Of a stretch of 64,000 nt of DNA, positions 11,835 through 26,000 are shown piece after piece. Below the pieces are notes generated by a model. That model was given only the letters and a program-made list of their open reading frames with translations. It was not told the origin of the DNA and made no database searches. How positions within the stretch are numbered: the stretch's first letter is position 1; the number at the start of each line of letters is the position of its first letter. Both the position numbers and the translations under genes were made by a program. Origin of the DNA: Scyliorhinus canicula (taxonomy: Eukaryota); contig NC_052174.1 of assembly GCF_902713615.1 (NCBI RefSeq), positions 11,898,514 through 11,962,513 of the forward strand. Direction: 5' to 3'.

Positions 11835-14040
11835 AGATACGTAGATACATAGAAGATAGGAGCAGGAGGAGGCCTTTTGGCCCTTCGAGCCTGCTCTACC
11901 ATTCATCACCATCATGGCTGATCATCCAACTCAATAGCCTGATCCTGCTTTCTCCCCCGTGCAGGTTAGGTGGATTGGCCATGATAAATTCTCCTTAGGC
12001 AAAAAGGTTAGGTGGGGTTACGGGGGTAAAGGGGGATAGGGTAGAGGCGTGGAGCTTAAGTGGGGTGCTCTTTCCAAGGTCTGGTGCAGACTCAATGGGC
12101 TGAATGGCCTCCTTCTGCACTGTAAATTCAAGGGTAATTCTGTGCTAATGAATTCCACAGGCTCACCCTCTTTGGGTAAAGAAGTGTCTCCTCATCTCTG
12201 TCCAAAATGGTTTACCCTGAATCCTCAGACTGTGTCCCCGGGTTCTGGACACACCCACCATTGGGGACATCTTCCCTGCATCTACCCTGTCCAGTCCTGT
12301 TAAAATTTTATAAGTCTCTTTGAGATCCCCCCTCATTCTTCTGAACTCCAGCGAGAACAATCCTAACCGACTCAATCTCTCCTCATGTATCAGTCCCGCT
12401 ATCCCAGGAATCAGTCTGGTAAACATTCACTGCACTCCCTCAAGAGCAAGACATCCTTCCTCAGAGAAGAAAACCAAAACTGCACACAATATTCCAACAG
12501 TGGCCTCACCAAGGCCCTGTACAACTGCAGCAACACATCCCTACTTCTATACTCGAAACTTCTTGCAATGAAGGCCAACATACCATTAGCCTTCTTTACC
12601 GCCTGCTGCACCTCCATGCTTACCTTCAGCGACTGATGCACAAGGACACCTAGGTCTCACTGCACACTCCCCTCCCCCATTTTACTTCCTGTTTTGCTTC
12701 CAAAGTAAATAACCTCACATTTATCCAAATTATACTGCATCTACCATTGGTTTGCCCACTCGCCCAACCTGTCCAGATCTTGCTGTAGGATCCCTGCATC
12801 CTCGTCACAGTTCACCCTCCCACCCAACTTGGTATCATCTGCAAACTTTGAGATGTTACATTTTGTTCCCTCATCCAAATCATTCTTATATATTGTGAAT
12901 AGCTGGGGTCCCAGCACCGATCCCTGTTGTACCCCACTAATTACTGCCTGACAATTTGAAAGGGACGCATTAATCCCCATTCTTTGTTTCCTCTCTGCCA
13001 ACCAGTTTTCTATCCACCTCAATATATTTCCCCCAATCCCATGCGCTTTAATTTTGCACAATAATCTCTTATGCGGAACTTTGTCAAACGCCTTCTGAAA
13101 GTCCAAATATACCACGTTGACTGGCTCCCCCTTATCAGCTGTACTGGTTACATTTCAAAGAATTCAAACAGATTTGTCAAGCATGATTTCCCCTTCACAA
13201 ACCCATGCTGACTCTTTGACTGATCCTGCCACTGCTTTCTAAATATTCCACTATAAAGTCCTTGATAATGGATTCAAGCATTTTCCCCACTACCGATGTT
13301 AGGCTGACTGGTCTATAATTCCCTGCTTTCTCTCTACCTCCCTTTTTGAATATCGGAGTGACGTGAGCTACCCTCCAATCTGCAGGGACAGTTCCAGAGT
13401 CTATAGAATCCCGGAAGATGACTACCAATGCATCCACTATTTCCAGAGCCACCTCCTTAAGCACTCTGGGATGCAGATTCTCAGGTCCTGGGAATTTATC
13501 CACCTTCAATCCCGTCAATTTTCCCAGCACCATTTCTCTACTAATGCTGACCTCCCTCAGTTCTTCCCTCTCACTAAACCTTTCATTCTCCAACATTTCT
13601 GGGATCTGATTTGTGTTTTCTTTTGTGAAGACAGAACCAAAGTATGTATTCAGTTGCTGATCCATGTCTTTGTCCCTTATTATGCTTCCCCTGTCTCTGT
13701 CTGTAGGGGGCCTACATTTCTCTTTACCAATCTCTTTCTCTTCACATATCTATAGAAACTCTTAGTGTCAGTCTTTATGTTCCCTGCAAGATTCCTTTCG
13801 TACTGTACTTTCCCCTTCTTAATCAATCCCTTCGTCCTTCTCTGCTGAATTCTAAACTGCTCCCAATCCTCAGACCTATTATTTTTCTTGGCCAATCTGT
13901 ATGCTTCTTCATTGGATTGGATACAATTCTAATTTCCTTTGTAAGCCATGGATTGGTCCTCTTACCCCCTTTGCTTTTGTGCCAGACAGGAATGAACAGT
14001 TGCTGTAGTTCCCCCATGCGTTCCTTGAATGTTTGTCATA
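11835..14040 (-). mobile_element. CR1 LINE, degenerate, with SINE fragment at ~11960-12130
   Basis: YLDFQKAFDKVPH, GVQQGSVLGP, KFADDTK, AGNYRPVSLTS; multiple frameshifts. Confidence 0.92.
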
Positions 14041-14469
14041 TGTTTAATAAAACCAATGCATGATGGGATGCTTGGCCATAATTATAATGTCCCCACAAAA
14101 CTACTGACATGGCAAGAATAGGAAACTACCTATTTGGAAAAAATATTTGCATAATCCACACCTGAAACCACAGACCTTTTACAAATGGCTTTGATCTGGT
14201 TAAAGTGAGTATACAGCTAGAAATGGAACAGACCCCTTAATTGTGTTAATAACCCCGTCTTCAATCAGATCAACTGGACAAATAAACCAGACACTGGTTA
14301 TCAAAAACTGTCACATATGGATAGAAAACCTATTGTATTGTAGTTTTGTTTCTTCAGTCAATCTTTCTGAACATAGTTACACACATAAGCTAATTAACTC
14401 AGTCATGATTACCGGTTTACTCCAGCTTATAAATATAGCAAATAATAATAACCTTTATTATTATATTAA

Positions 14470-14790
14470 CACGCACGGTAGCATTGTGGGTAGCACAATC
14501 GCTTCACAGCTCCAGGGTCCCAGGTTTGATTCCCGGCTTTAGTCACTGTCTGTGCGGAGTCTGCACATCCTCCCCGTGTGTGCGTGGGTTTCCTCCGGGT
14601 ACTCCGGTTTCCTCCCACAGTCCAAAGATGTGCAGGTTAGGTGGATTGGCCATGATAAATTGCCCTTAGTATTGGGTGGGGTTACTGGGTTATGGGGATA
14701 GGGTGGAGGAGTTGACCTTGGGTAGGATGCTCTTTCCAAGAGGCGGTGCAGACTCGATGGGCCGAATGGCCTCCTTCTGCACTGTAAATT
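14470..14790 (+). mobile_element. HE1-type SINE
   Basis: Typical head, core and tail. Confidence 0.88.
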
Positions 14791-14799
14791 TTGTGTTAA

Positions 14800-15070
14800 A
14801 AACACTGCAATGAAGTTACTGTGCAAATCCCCTCGTCGCTACATTCTGGCGCCTGTTTGGGTACACAGAGGGAGAATTCAGAATGTCAAATTCACCTAAC
14901 AAGCACCTCCTTCGGGACTTGTGGGAGGAAACCGGAGCACCCGGAGGAAACCCACTCAGACACAGGGAGAACGTGCGGACTGCGCACAGACAGTGACTCA
15001 AGCGGGAATCGAACCCGGGACCCTGGCACCGTGAAGCAGCAGTGCTAACCACTGTGCAACCGTACTGCCA
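14800..15070 (-). mobile_element. SINE (HE1 head, CACAGTAACTTCATTGCAG tail type)
   Basis: Matches 37150-37445 and 20045-20320. Confidence 0.82.
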
Positions 15071-15366
15071 GCTTTCACCTTCCTCCACCCGATTTTGATT
15101 TCTATCAATTTATTTCCATTTCCTTCATCGATCTGTTTTTCCTTCACCATTGCCCCCCCCTCCCCCCACTGGGGCCTCGGTTACCTTTTCCCAGTTGCCC
15201 TTTGACACGCTGCTGACCTTTGTGCTGCCATTGACACATTCTGATCTCTCAATGTGCCACTATCAGTACTCTTCCTAGCCTTGATCACCCCATTTACATT
15301 CCTTTTGTCTCCTGTCCTTGATATCGTTGTCAATTTCCACCCATCACTGCCTTCCCATCCAGCCAC

Positions 15367-18220
15367 TGTGTTGTTACTCGTGTCTTAATAAAGCTCGTAG
15401 TCTCAAATGTGGAGAAGATGCTTTATTGTGAGTTCGTTCACTCTTCAGAGCTGTTTCCTAAGGTTACCTTCAGTGTTCCTAGCTGGTGTGTGTGGGTGTC
15501 TGTCCTGCTCCAAGTTCTGCCCTCTGTGAAGTGTGTCCTCACTTCCTGTCCCCGTCTATTTATATGGCTCTCCCGTGCCCCCTCTAGTGTTTGCTCAGTT
15601 GTATTGCATCTAGTTAACTTGTGATCACCACATCCCCCTTTTTCTCTTTACATATTTTCTGTACATCGTTAAAGAAAATTGTACATCCTGTCCCGGTGTA
15701 TTTATAGCTCTCCCTCTGGTGTTTGCTCAGTTGTTTTGTATCTAGTAAATCTACGATCACCACATCCCCCTTTTTCTCTTTACATATTTGCTGTACATTG
15801 TTAAAGAAAATTATAGAAACCAGTTACTTATGATATGCGTATCTATACAGGTGATGGTGCTATTGCATATTGTACAAAGCCAATGTAGTTATATGTCCAA
15901 TCTTAATAAAAACATTTATGAGTCCAAACTTGATGAATTTGTTTAGAGCTTTTTTTTTCTTTTTGTTGTTGATGACGTGGTGATATTGATATTGCAAGTC
16001 CGCTGTGAATGTTGTTGGTTTTCCTTGTTATTTTAAGTACCCAATGCATCATCCCGAGGTGTTTGCATGGTCACCTCACTGATGTTGACTGGCATGGCCT
16101 TTTTTTTCTGTGCTTGTGGTGTTGATTTATTGTCTCATCCGCCTTGGATGCTGGTGTGCTTGCTCGTTCTGGAGCAGACGTGAGTTTGTGCGATTCGTTG
16201 TCATCCCATGACATGTTTGTAGTCTTGTCATTGTTTTGCCGTGTGCTGTGGCATTGTCCTTCATGTGCCGAGTAGTACCATTGTGTACAAGTCGTTGTTT
16301 CATTGCTGTTGTTTCTGTCGTTCCTGTTTTTGTTGTTTTCGTTGCCGTACTTGTTGCTGTTTTTGTCGTTTCTGTCTTTGGTGTTGTCGCTATTTTTTGT
16401 GCCTGACTTTGGTGTTTGTCTTGTCGCGCTTCATGTTGCTTTTGTTCTTTCTGTTGTCGTTCCGTTTCTGCTGTGCTTCTTTTGACTTTTGTTTTTCTTG
16501 TTATACTCTATTCGTGTCCCGAGTGGATAATTTGAGTCATTGAGCATTTCGTCTCGAGAGTGGTGCGAATGATCTGATGTTGCATCGGTGCAGGTGACCT
16601 CAATCATTTGTGGAGAATTGGATTCCTCATCTTTGCTTTCTTGGTGCTCCTCTTCCGGAGTCAAATTCTTCTCGATTTCATTTGACGCGGTGTCTCTGGA
16701 TTCTTGGCGCTCCTCTTCTGGAGTCAAAACCTCCATGAATACAATTGACGTGGTGTCTGCGGACTTCTGGCGCTCCTCTTCTGGAGTCCAATTCTGCATG
16801 ATTTCAGTTGACGTGGTGTCTCCGGACTCTTGGTGCTCCGCTTCTGGAGTTGAAATCTTCATGATTTCCGTTGATGTTGTCTCACTGGACTCCAGGTGCT
16901 CCTCTTCTGGAGTCAAAATCTGCATGGTTTCTTTTGGCTTGGTCTCTCTGGACTCCAGGTGCTCCTCTTCTGGAATCAGAATCTGCATGGTTTCTTTTGG
17001 CTTGGTCTCTCTGGACTCCAGGTGCTCCTCTTCTGGAGTCAAAATCTGCATGTTTTCTTTCGGCATCGTCGCTCTGGACTGTTGGGTGGCCCGACTCTGT
17101 GCTTCTGTACAGACAAGCTGAGAACTGTCAGTCTCGCTGTGATCCTGTACGTCGAGTGCGATCACCTTGTTACTGTTCTCGCTCTGTGCGTCGGTACAGA
17201 CAAGCTGAGAACTGTCAGTCTCGCTGTGATCCTGTACGTCGAGTGTGATCACCTTGTCACTGTCTTCGCATGCAGGGTTTACCTGCATGGTCTTGTTCAT
17301 GCATGGTGTTCGCCAGGGAGTGTTGGCTTGCATCCCTTTTGGAATCTTTCATTACTCGCACTGTGGAGCCTGTCATCGCTCGCTCTGTGGAGTCTTCCTG
17401 TGCTCTCTGTGTGGCGTCGTCTTCGTCTAGGGTATTGCTGTCATCCAATGTATCGACGAGCTGCCATGGCATCATGGTGTTGGATTCATCTACCATGAGT
17501 AGAGTCGTGTTGAGCTTTGCAACGGTGTCGCTGATGCTGTGATCAGCATGTCCAAATAACTCCTCCATGGCTGTTCAAATTTCTCACAGTACTCTTCAAA
17601 TTTGTTTAGTAACGTTTGTAAGCTGTTTCTGTCTTCATCTTTTGAGTATTTAAATCCATTATACACTTTCCTATTTACAGCCCTGCGGTGAGAATTGCTA
17701 TTTTAATGTTGTCTGAGGCTTCTTGTATTCCATTAGCTACGAGATGAAAATCAAACATTTGTTTAAACCTTTTCCAGACATTTCTTACACTGCCAGTCAG
17801 GTCCAGCTGTTCTGGGTATTCAAGCCACATCCTCGAATTAGCGATGTCTTCCAAAGTCAAATGTCCAGTAGGAGATTTCCATGCCATTTTGAGCTTTCTG
17901 TATCTGCCATTGAGTTGTCCTGTAGTAAGCGTCTGAAGCCACTCCTGGGTACCATGTGTTGTTACTCGTGTCTTAATAAAGCTCGTAGTCTCAAATGTGG
18001 AGAAGATGCTTTATTGTGAGTTTGTTCACTCTTCAGAGCTGTTTCCTAAGGTTACCTTCAGTGTTCCTAGCTGGTGTGTGTGGGTGTCTGTCCTGCTCCA
18101 AGTTCTGCCCTCTGTGAAGTGTGTCCTCACTTCCTGTCCCCGTCTATTTATATGGCTCTCCCGTGCCCCCTCTAGTGTTTGCTCAGTTGTATTGCATCTA
18201 GTTAACTTGTGATCACCACA
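15367..18220 (-). mobile_element. Non-autonomous Gypsy-type LTR retroelement (2854 bp, no pol)
   Basis: 266-bp LTRs 15367-15632 and 17955-18220 (TG..CA, one difference seen); TSD GCCAC; PBS TGGTACCCAGGAGTGG at 17939-17954 (tRNA-Leu-like); PPT at 15633-15647; gag N-terminal remnant PEQLDLTGSVRNVWKRFKQMF..DNIKIAIL. Confidence 0.93.
16630..17260 (-). repeat. Coding tandem repeats inside the LTR element (7 x 60 bp; 2 x 87 bp)
   Basis: ORF 16431-17333 repeats TPEEEHLES-like 20-aa units and a 29-aa unit. Confidence 0.85.
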
Positions 18221-18329
18221 GCCACCACTCCAAGCCCCCACAACAATGTAAATCTGATCCTATTTACAGTTCTCTCCAGCTTTGGCAGAGTCATCCAGAC
18301 TCGCAATGTTAGCTCCCAGCTCTCGCCAT

Positions 18330-18780
18330 AGATCATAGAATCCTACAGTGCAGAAAGGAGGTCATTCGGTCCATCAGGTCTGCACCGACCCTCTGAAAGT
18401 GCACCCCACCTCGGCCCCTGTAACCCCACCTAACCTTTGAATTCTAAAGGACAATTTACCATGGCCATTCCACCTAACCTGCACATCTTTGGATTGTGGG
18501 ATGCTGTCAGACCGCAGTAAATTGCTTTTAGCTATAATCTGTGTTCCTCGGGCTCTTATCATCCGCTACTGGGAAATTCCTCCTGCCGTAATCACGGACA
18601 GCATTGTCAGACCTCCCCTTTGCCCCAAGGAGAACAACCCCAGCATCTCCGACCTAACCTGGTAGTTAAAATCCCTCAGCCCAGCAATCATTCGGCCAAT
18701 TCTCCTCTGCGAACTCTCAGGGACCCTCCTAAATTGTGGTGACCAGAACTGGCCCAATACTCTAGCATTACAGACAACGG
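18330..18780 (-). mobile_element. SINE tail plus degenerate CR1 fragment
   Basis: QFWSPQFR..RMIAGLRDFNY..LGLFSL; SINE 3' part at 18335-18500. Confidence 0.6.
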
Positions 18781-18813
18781 TCGGAATTCTCTAGCCTTTG
18801 GGATTCTCTCTAT

Positions 18814-19145
18814 TGGCAGCACGGTAGCATTGTGGACGGCACAATGGCTTCACAGCTCCAGGGTCCCAGGTTCGATTCCGGCTTGGGTCACTGTCTGTGC
18901 GGAGTCTGCACATCCTCCCCGTGTGTGCGTGGGTTTCCTCCCACGGTGCAAAGATGTGCAGGTTAGGGTGGATTGGCCATACTAAATTGCCCTTAGTGTC
19001 CAAAATTGCCCTTCGTGTTGGGTGGGGCTACTGGGTTATGGGGATAGGGTGGAGGTGTTGACCTTGGGTAGGGTGCTCTTTCCAAGAGCTGGTGCAGACT
19101 CGATGGGCCGAATGGCCTCCTTCCGCACTGTAAATTCTATGTAAA
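18814..19145 (+). mobile_element. HE1-type SINE
   Basis: Near-identical to 14470-14790. Confidence 0.88.
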
Positions 19146-20044
19146 AAAATGACAAGCTCTCACAGGAAATCCCGGAAACTCCCAGGGACGTAGCAATTTA
19201 ATCTATTCATATGTTCTGCTGTCAAGAACTGTGGAATTGTAGGACCAGCGTGTTTACTGAAGTTGAAAGAAGTGTAAGGTGGTTAAATGGCTGGTTTAGA
19301 ACTCTGGAAACTGAAACTGCCTCTGACACAGATTTAGTATTTCCTGGAAGTCATGTGTTGAGACTGAGTAACGCATGTTGCACAATGCCACACACACTAG
19401 GCAAGTAAGGAACAAAATATTTTCAGAATAGCCACAGGATATCTTGTTACAAAAGATATGTTAGAAAGTGGTAAATAAGCACCATTAGTCACTTGAGAAT
19501 TTTGCAACAGATATTTACAACCGGCATCTGCTTCGTTTGATCACAGGAGTGAGATATTGCTGTACAGGCTCCCTACGTTTAAATAGCTAAAACTATTTTC
19601 CTCATGCCTTGGGCACAATCATTGGGCAGATACCCACTCAGCACTCAGTGGGCCTGGAGGCGGACACGGAACGTGTGCCCAGCCGCAGTTGGCCCTGGAA
19701 CACAACTTCAAGCTGGCTGACCAATAAATGACCATGCAGCCTGAACCTGCACTGGGAAAGGCTGGGAGGGAATGGGAAGTGGGCGGGTGCCACAAAAAGA
19801 GTGGGCGTTGGGGCGCTCTTTCGGATGTGCTCACCGGGGGGGGGGGTGACAGCCCCCGGGATGTCTAGGCAGCACAAACCTGTCCCTAGACACATTTGTT
19901 AATTTTATTTTAGCCGTTTAATTTCACCCCAACCTGGATAGAGACTGTAGCTAAAACGTAATGGCCGCTTGGCCATGTGGCCCACACTGTGGAAGCGGAC
20001 AGGCCACATAAAATTGCTTTCAGTTAGCCCCTTAATAGGCTAAT

Positions 20045-20320
20045 AATAATCTTTATTATTGTCACAAGTAGGCTTACATTAACACTGCAATGAAGTTACT
20101 GTGAAAAGCCCCTGGTCGCCACTTTCCGGCACCTGTTCAGGTACACAGAGGGAGAATTCAGAATGTCCAATTCACCTAACAAGCACATCTTTCGGGACTT
20201 GTGGGAGGAAACCCACGCAGGCACAGGGAGAACGTGCAGACTCCACACAGACCGTGACCCGAGGCCGGAATTGAACCCGGGTCTCTGCTGTGGCGCTATG
20301 AAGCAACAGTGCTAACCATA
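20045..20320 (-). mobile_element. SINE (CACAGTAACTTCATTGCAG tail type)
   Basis: Matches 37150-37445. Confidence 0.8.
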
Positions 20321-20659
20321 AAGTACCTGCTTGGGAGTTTCACACCCGACTGCCGACCAAAATATTGCTCAAACCAGTCAATGTGGGGTCATTCTCGCAC
20401 GAGTTCCCTGGCTTCCGAGTTGGGCATACACACCCGCCCAATCAACGTAAAATTCTGACCATAAAAGAGACTGGAGAGACCAGGGTTCCTCATTAGGACA
20501 GAGGTGTTCAAAAAAAAAGTTAGTGCGTCACTAACTGGAAAACATCAATTTATTATCACCAGCAGAATGAAGGGAGTGGCTCGTTTTCCTTCTGCACAGA
20601 GAATTGTGAGCACATTAAATCACACAACATAAAAAGGAGGTCATTTAGCCCCTAGTCCT

Positions 20660-21335
20660 AGGACCCACCATCTTCAGCTGCTTCATTAAACATATTAAAC
20701 ACCATAAGGTCAGACGTGGCCGATGCTCGCTGATGACTGCGCAATGTTCAGCACCATTCAGAACTTCTTAGATACCTTCTGAGCAGTCCTTGCTCAGATG
20801 CAGCAAGACCTGGACAATCTCCAGGCTTGGGATGACAAGTGGCAAGTAACATTTGTGCCAGGCAATGACCATCTCCAATAAGAAAAAAAATCTAACCATC
20901 ATGACAGTGACATTCAAAGACATTACCTTTGCAGAAACCATCACTATCAACATCCTGGGGGTTGCCATTGATCAGAAACCGAACCAGTCATATAAATACT
21001 ATGGCTGCAAGAGCATGTCAAAGGCTGGGAATCCTGCGATGAGTTAACTCACCTCCTGACTCCTCAAAGCCAGTAACTATCTACAAGGCACGAGCGTGAT
21101 GGAACACTCCTCACTTGCCTTCAACAAGACGATTCTTGACACCATCCAGGACAAAGCAGTCCTGCTTGAGTAGCACCATAGCCACAAACATTCATTTCCT
21201 CCGCCACCCAACGCACAGGAGCAGCCGTGTAGATGTACTGTAGGAAGTCAACAAAGTTCTTTAGCACTTTCCAAACCCACAACCACTACCATCTAGAAGG
21301 ACAAGGGCAGCAGATACCTGGGAACCCCACCACTG
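20660..21335 (+). mobile_element. Old LINE RT 3' fragment (second CR1/L2-like family)
   Basis: ADD-like motif region; IQDKAA; shares sequence with 27845-28300, 34070-34575 and 52390-52590. Confidence 0.65.
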
Positions 21336-22871
21336 TTGGAGGGAGGCAAGGGGGAGAAGGAGGGGAACAGTACTTCTCCATGCTTGATAATACTTGAGAG
21401 GGTGAGCATGGCCAAGGTGCAGAATATACTCTGGGTGAGGGACTTCAATGCCCATCACCAAGAGTGGCCTGGTCTCCCAAGTCAAGGCGTAAACCTGTTA
21501 TTGCTATATGGACTTTGATCATCCACTCCAAGTCTATGAACATGTAACAAACTTCGAGACAGGTGACCAACTTTGCAGCAGGACAAAGAACAGACAAAAG
21601 AAGCCATCGGACTCCTTTACGAGCTGATGGCTGGTCAGACAAAAGGGAGTTGCAGAGGACAAGGGTCTTGATTGAACCACCATAGATAAACAGGAGTATC
21701 CTGTTTTTCCCCCATTAACCAGTTGGGGTCTGGCTTGGACAATGGCCAGTGGTGGGCGTATACATACAACTCAATCCAAGCTTCAGTATAAGAAAGCAGC
21801 AACAAACAGACCTCGAGTGATACCCTCAACCATCAATTGCAAGAAGAAAGGACCCTGGGTTTCGAACCCAGAGAAGACATCAACGTTGAGTGATAGTAAC
21901 CTGCCAGCCTCCTTTACCAAGTGTGGGTAAAACCCAAAGCTCGGTGAGTCGGAGTCCCATTTTCTTGAGTACAGAATGTGAACCTGTTCATCTCGTCAAT
22001 AAGGTTGCTGGAGTAAAACTGGAGTAAACTGGTCAAACACATCAGACAGGTACAAGAAGATGGAAGAGTCATTAACAGTGCTATCAAGTGGCACTCACTC
22101 AGCAATAACCTGCTCACAGACACTCTTCCTGACCTCATTACAAGGCTGGTTCAAACATGGACAAAGGTGGGATTCTGTTCTGCCAGCCCCATTTTCTGGT
22201 GCAGCACACCTCAGCAGCCAGCAGGGGTCTCTGTTCCTGTAGATGACCAATTGGGTTTCCTCATTGTGGCCACCCCACGCCACTGGGTGCGTAAACAACT
22301 TGACTGTTGCCTGTCTCCTTCACCTCAACCCCTTAAAATATCCCACAAAAACCTGACGCAACATAGTGTTGTAATCTCTCAGCTACAGTTAATATTGAAA
22401 CATCTTCTGGTAAATAGCCAAACAGATGTAAACTGTTTCCTCTCCCTCCAGTTGCTGAAAGATCAAGCTCAAGATGAGGTGCGATGCTATTTTTTTTTGT
22501 CAGCTTGGGATCTTGTAGATCACTCTCGGGGAGACCAGTTTTTCCAGCATTCTATTCTCAGCCAATTTAAAAATGGATTAAATGATTTTCTTGTTCAGAA
22601 AGTATGTAGAGTTTGGAGAAGGAAGCCCAATGTTCCATCTCCCTCTCCTCCCCCCAGCACTTGTAGCACACTTGAAACATCAGACATATCCAAATTTTTT
22701 TAATAAAAAATTACTTTCAGAATTGAATAACATACAAGTGTAGGTTGTGTAGCTTTAAGTTTAAAAAATAAGTGGCCAAAACATGCACTGCCAATTAGAT
22801 CTGTTACTTCCTCCACCGAAGACAGGTACATCTGGCAGTGAGTCGGTGCAAATTTCTTTTCATTCAAGTGT

Positions 22872-23080
22872 TCAGCCCACTCTTTGCCCACACCGCAAGG
22901 TTCCACCCAAGGCACAGGCACAGAGCAAGCCACAAAACCCCAGAAATAACGCAATCCCAAGGAGAATGTAAGTGACAGTCGTGGCCCAGAAGGCAAAAAG
23001 GTACAAGGTTTTATCGCAGTAATTAGGGGAAGCTTTATCGACGTAATCCGGCTCATAGATTCTGTAGATCCAAACATTAC
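22872..23080 (-). CDS. TMEM272-like copy A, last coding exon
   Basis: tttctag|GT AAT...; GNVWIYRIYEPDYVDKASPNYCDKTLYLFAFWATTVTYILLGIALFLGFCGLLCACALGGTLRCGQRVG*. This frame is not in the ORF track. Confidence 0.88.
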
Positions 23081-26000
23081 CTAGAAATTACAGAAATACA
23101 CACTTAGTTCATCACACTCCTCAGGAAATGGCATTAAATCCAATGTGCTTTAAAAAATATCAGATATTGTTTGCAGTTCCCAGTTTGTGTAATATTTCTG
23201 ACAGTTTGGGCTGCACCATCCCAGAGGTCACCATCAATGTCACCACAGGCATTGCAACTGCACATGAGGGAATGCACCCTCTGCTGCTGTGGTACCAGCA
23301 ATCAACCAGAGCCATATTCTAGCTAGTCAATGTAGTCTTAACTGCTGGTTCAGTATTGCCTTGGAAGTTCCTCGGATCAACCCCTTGCTGCCAGCGTACT
23401 AGAAATGGGGAAATAATGCAATGTTTCAATCATTTATAAAATAGATGTGGTACCAGTTCTGGGCAGCTCAAGATCAGCATTGCAAGTGACAAGTTTTCAC
23501 TTCTCAAACTTTTGGCCAAGGTGAAAAGCCCAAGGCGAGGTATTTTCATGTCAGCTTTGATCTGGTCAGTCTCCCTTGTTGAGGCCACAAATTTGCATTG
23601 GGCTTTTTTGGAACAAGCAATGAGATGGAAGGGCTTGCCCTGCCCACTGCACATTGACAAGTTATTCAGGTACTTTTGTGACCAACATGGCTGTTCAGGT
23701 AAGCAACTGAGCTTGCATCGATCTTTTGTACAATTTTTACATCCAAGCCTGTGATGTGAATCACTGTTTTTCTGTCTCTTCATTGACTCCAGACACACTA
23801 GCTAATGATCAATGGAGGCAAAGGGTAACCCAAGACAATAATGCAAGAGAGGGAGAGGGGTCTGGGGCTCACTAGAGAAACCATAAATTTGCCATTTTGA
23901 TCTTAAACCCTCATAGACTTATTTACACCGATTTGCTACAATGGTCTCACCTTTGACTGAACCTGGAGGTTTGTGGATGATGGCAGTGTGGGGGATAAAT
24001 CAACAGCCAAAGTCTGTAAATTGTTGAAATACAAGTTATGGTTTTCTCCCCTCCTGCACACTTGACCAGGGAAGGTTCAGAGGAGCCCGCAGGGCAATTC
24101 TGAAAATTGGCACCCAATACATACAACTTGCACATCCTAAATACAAACTTGCACATCCTAAATACCTTAAGAAGCAGGACAATCAAGTTACCTGTTATAA
24201 ACCAGATGAAGGAGAACAGGGATATCACACTTTTCCAAACCCGGCCAATTTTATGGAAGGCCAGAATGTTGCTATCATCGTTTGGGGTACATGAAACCAC
24301 CGATATCATCATGAAGAAGAGAGTGAAGCTTCCAGAAACAATTAAATAAATTGGGATCAAGTATTGCTTGGTGCAAGAATCCAAATAGACAGTGCCTACA
24401 AGGAGAGAGGAAGAAATTTAACACTCTTGGAATTAATTCAGATGTCACAACACCAGGGGTAGACTATCCAGTATTCTTTCCCCAAGGATGTTCCTTGTCA
24501 AATTCACTTATTCCTAGTTCTGAACAGCAACATATCGCCAGAATTTGCTGCCTTTTTGGCATTAGGAGGAAAGATGAGAAAAAATTAAGTATGTTGCCCC
24601 ACTTGCAAGTATTTTGATCTACCCAGTTAAATTTGATATTTTATTTAATCTTAAAATTGGAACTCCAATTCTTAAACCAACAACCTGTACTCCCAACCAA
24701 AAATGTCACACAAGTTTAAACAATCTAAATAAACAGCATGACTATAATGAAATGAAATAAAAATTGCTTATTGTCATGAGTAGGCTTCAATGAAGTTACT
24801 GTGAAAAGCCCCTAGTCGCCACATTCCGGCACCTGTCCGGGGAGGCTGGTACGGGAATCGAACTGTGCTGCTGGCCTGCTTTGAAAGCCAGTGATTTAGC
24901 CCAGTGAGCTAAATTTACATCTCTAATATTTCACCTCTGCAACATTAATGTAGAAACAAATCTAGATTGGAGGCACCAATATTCTATTTAATAGAAATCT
25001 CACCAATTGTGATGGAGGCGATTGCCAAGAGAGAAGTCATAATTTTCATGGACACTGAAAAGAAATGGAAGAAGTTCAATGTACAACACTTGGGAGGAAT
25101 TATTTTCCACACCACCACTAGAGGGGGCTGCTGGCCAGCTCAGCCAGTCTGCAAGAGCTATTCAAATTGGACAAATTCCACAATCCTCCCCTCCCAAATC
25201 AGTTTCCAAAGGAAGGGGTTAAAATTTTTTATTGAGGGGAGCACAGTGGTTAGCACTACAGCACCAAGGTCCCAGGTTCGATCCCGGCTCACTGTCCGTG
25301 TGGAGTTTGCCCATTCTACCCATGTTTGTGTGGGTTTTGCCCCCACAACCCAAGAGATGTGCAAGCTAGGTGGATCGGCCACACTAAATTGCCCCTTAAT
25401 TGGAAAAAAATGGAATTGGGTACTCTAAATTTAAAAAAAATTATTGATTCGGTTGCCACCCTGTCAGGCATTGCAAACAAAACAGGACTGGCTGTAACAC
25501 ATTTGCTGCTGACCCAAATTTTAAATTTCTGACCACAGGGAGGTACCAGAGGACAGCTAATGTGGTTCCACTTTAAGAAGGGTGGTAAACATAAGCCAGA
25601 GAAGCAGATCATTGGTGGGGAAACTATTAGAGAAAGTTCTGAAGGAGAAAATTTCTCTACTGGGAAAGGCAAGGTTTGATCAGGGACAGTCAGCAGAGCT
25701 GGTCAGAGAGGTCATGCCTCACAAATTGGATGGCGACAGAGTATAGATGAGGGTACTGCAGTTAATGTAGTTTACATGGATTTCAGCAAAGCCTCTGATA
25801 AACAGGTACCGCCAGGGGGAAAGGAGAGAAACGATAAGTGACTTTGCAGATGACAAAGATTGGTCAGGTGGTTGACAGTGAGATTGGTCAGATTAAGCCT
25901 GAAGAGAGAGTGATGCACTTTGGAAGGTGGATAGAAAGCAGTTGGTGAAAGTCAGGAAATTTAGAGGGGATTTGAAGAAAGTCTAGAATGCATGGCCAGA

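Noticed and set aside
19575-20462. Older TIR-type elements (also ~42640-42900 and 60640-60790)
   Set aside because: They look like decayed MITE relatives, but I could not define ends or TSDs.
22700-23077. 125-aa ORF listed in the track
   Set aside because: Wrong frame; the real TMEM272-like exon overlaps it in another frame.
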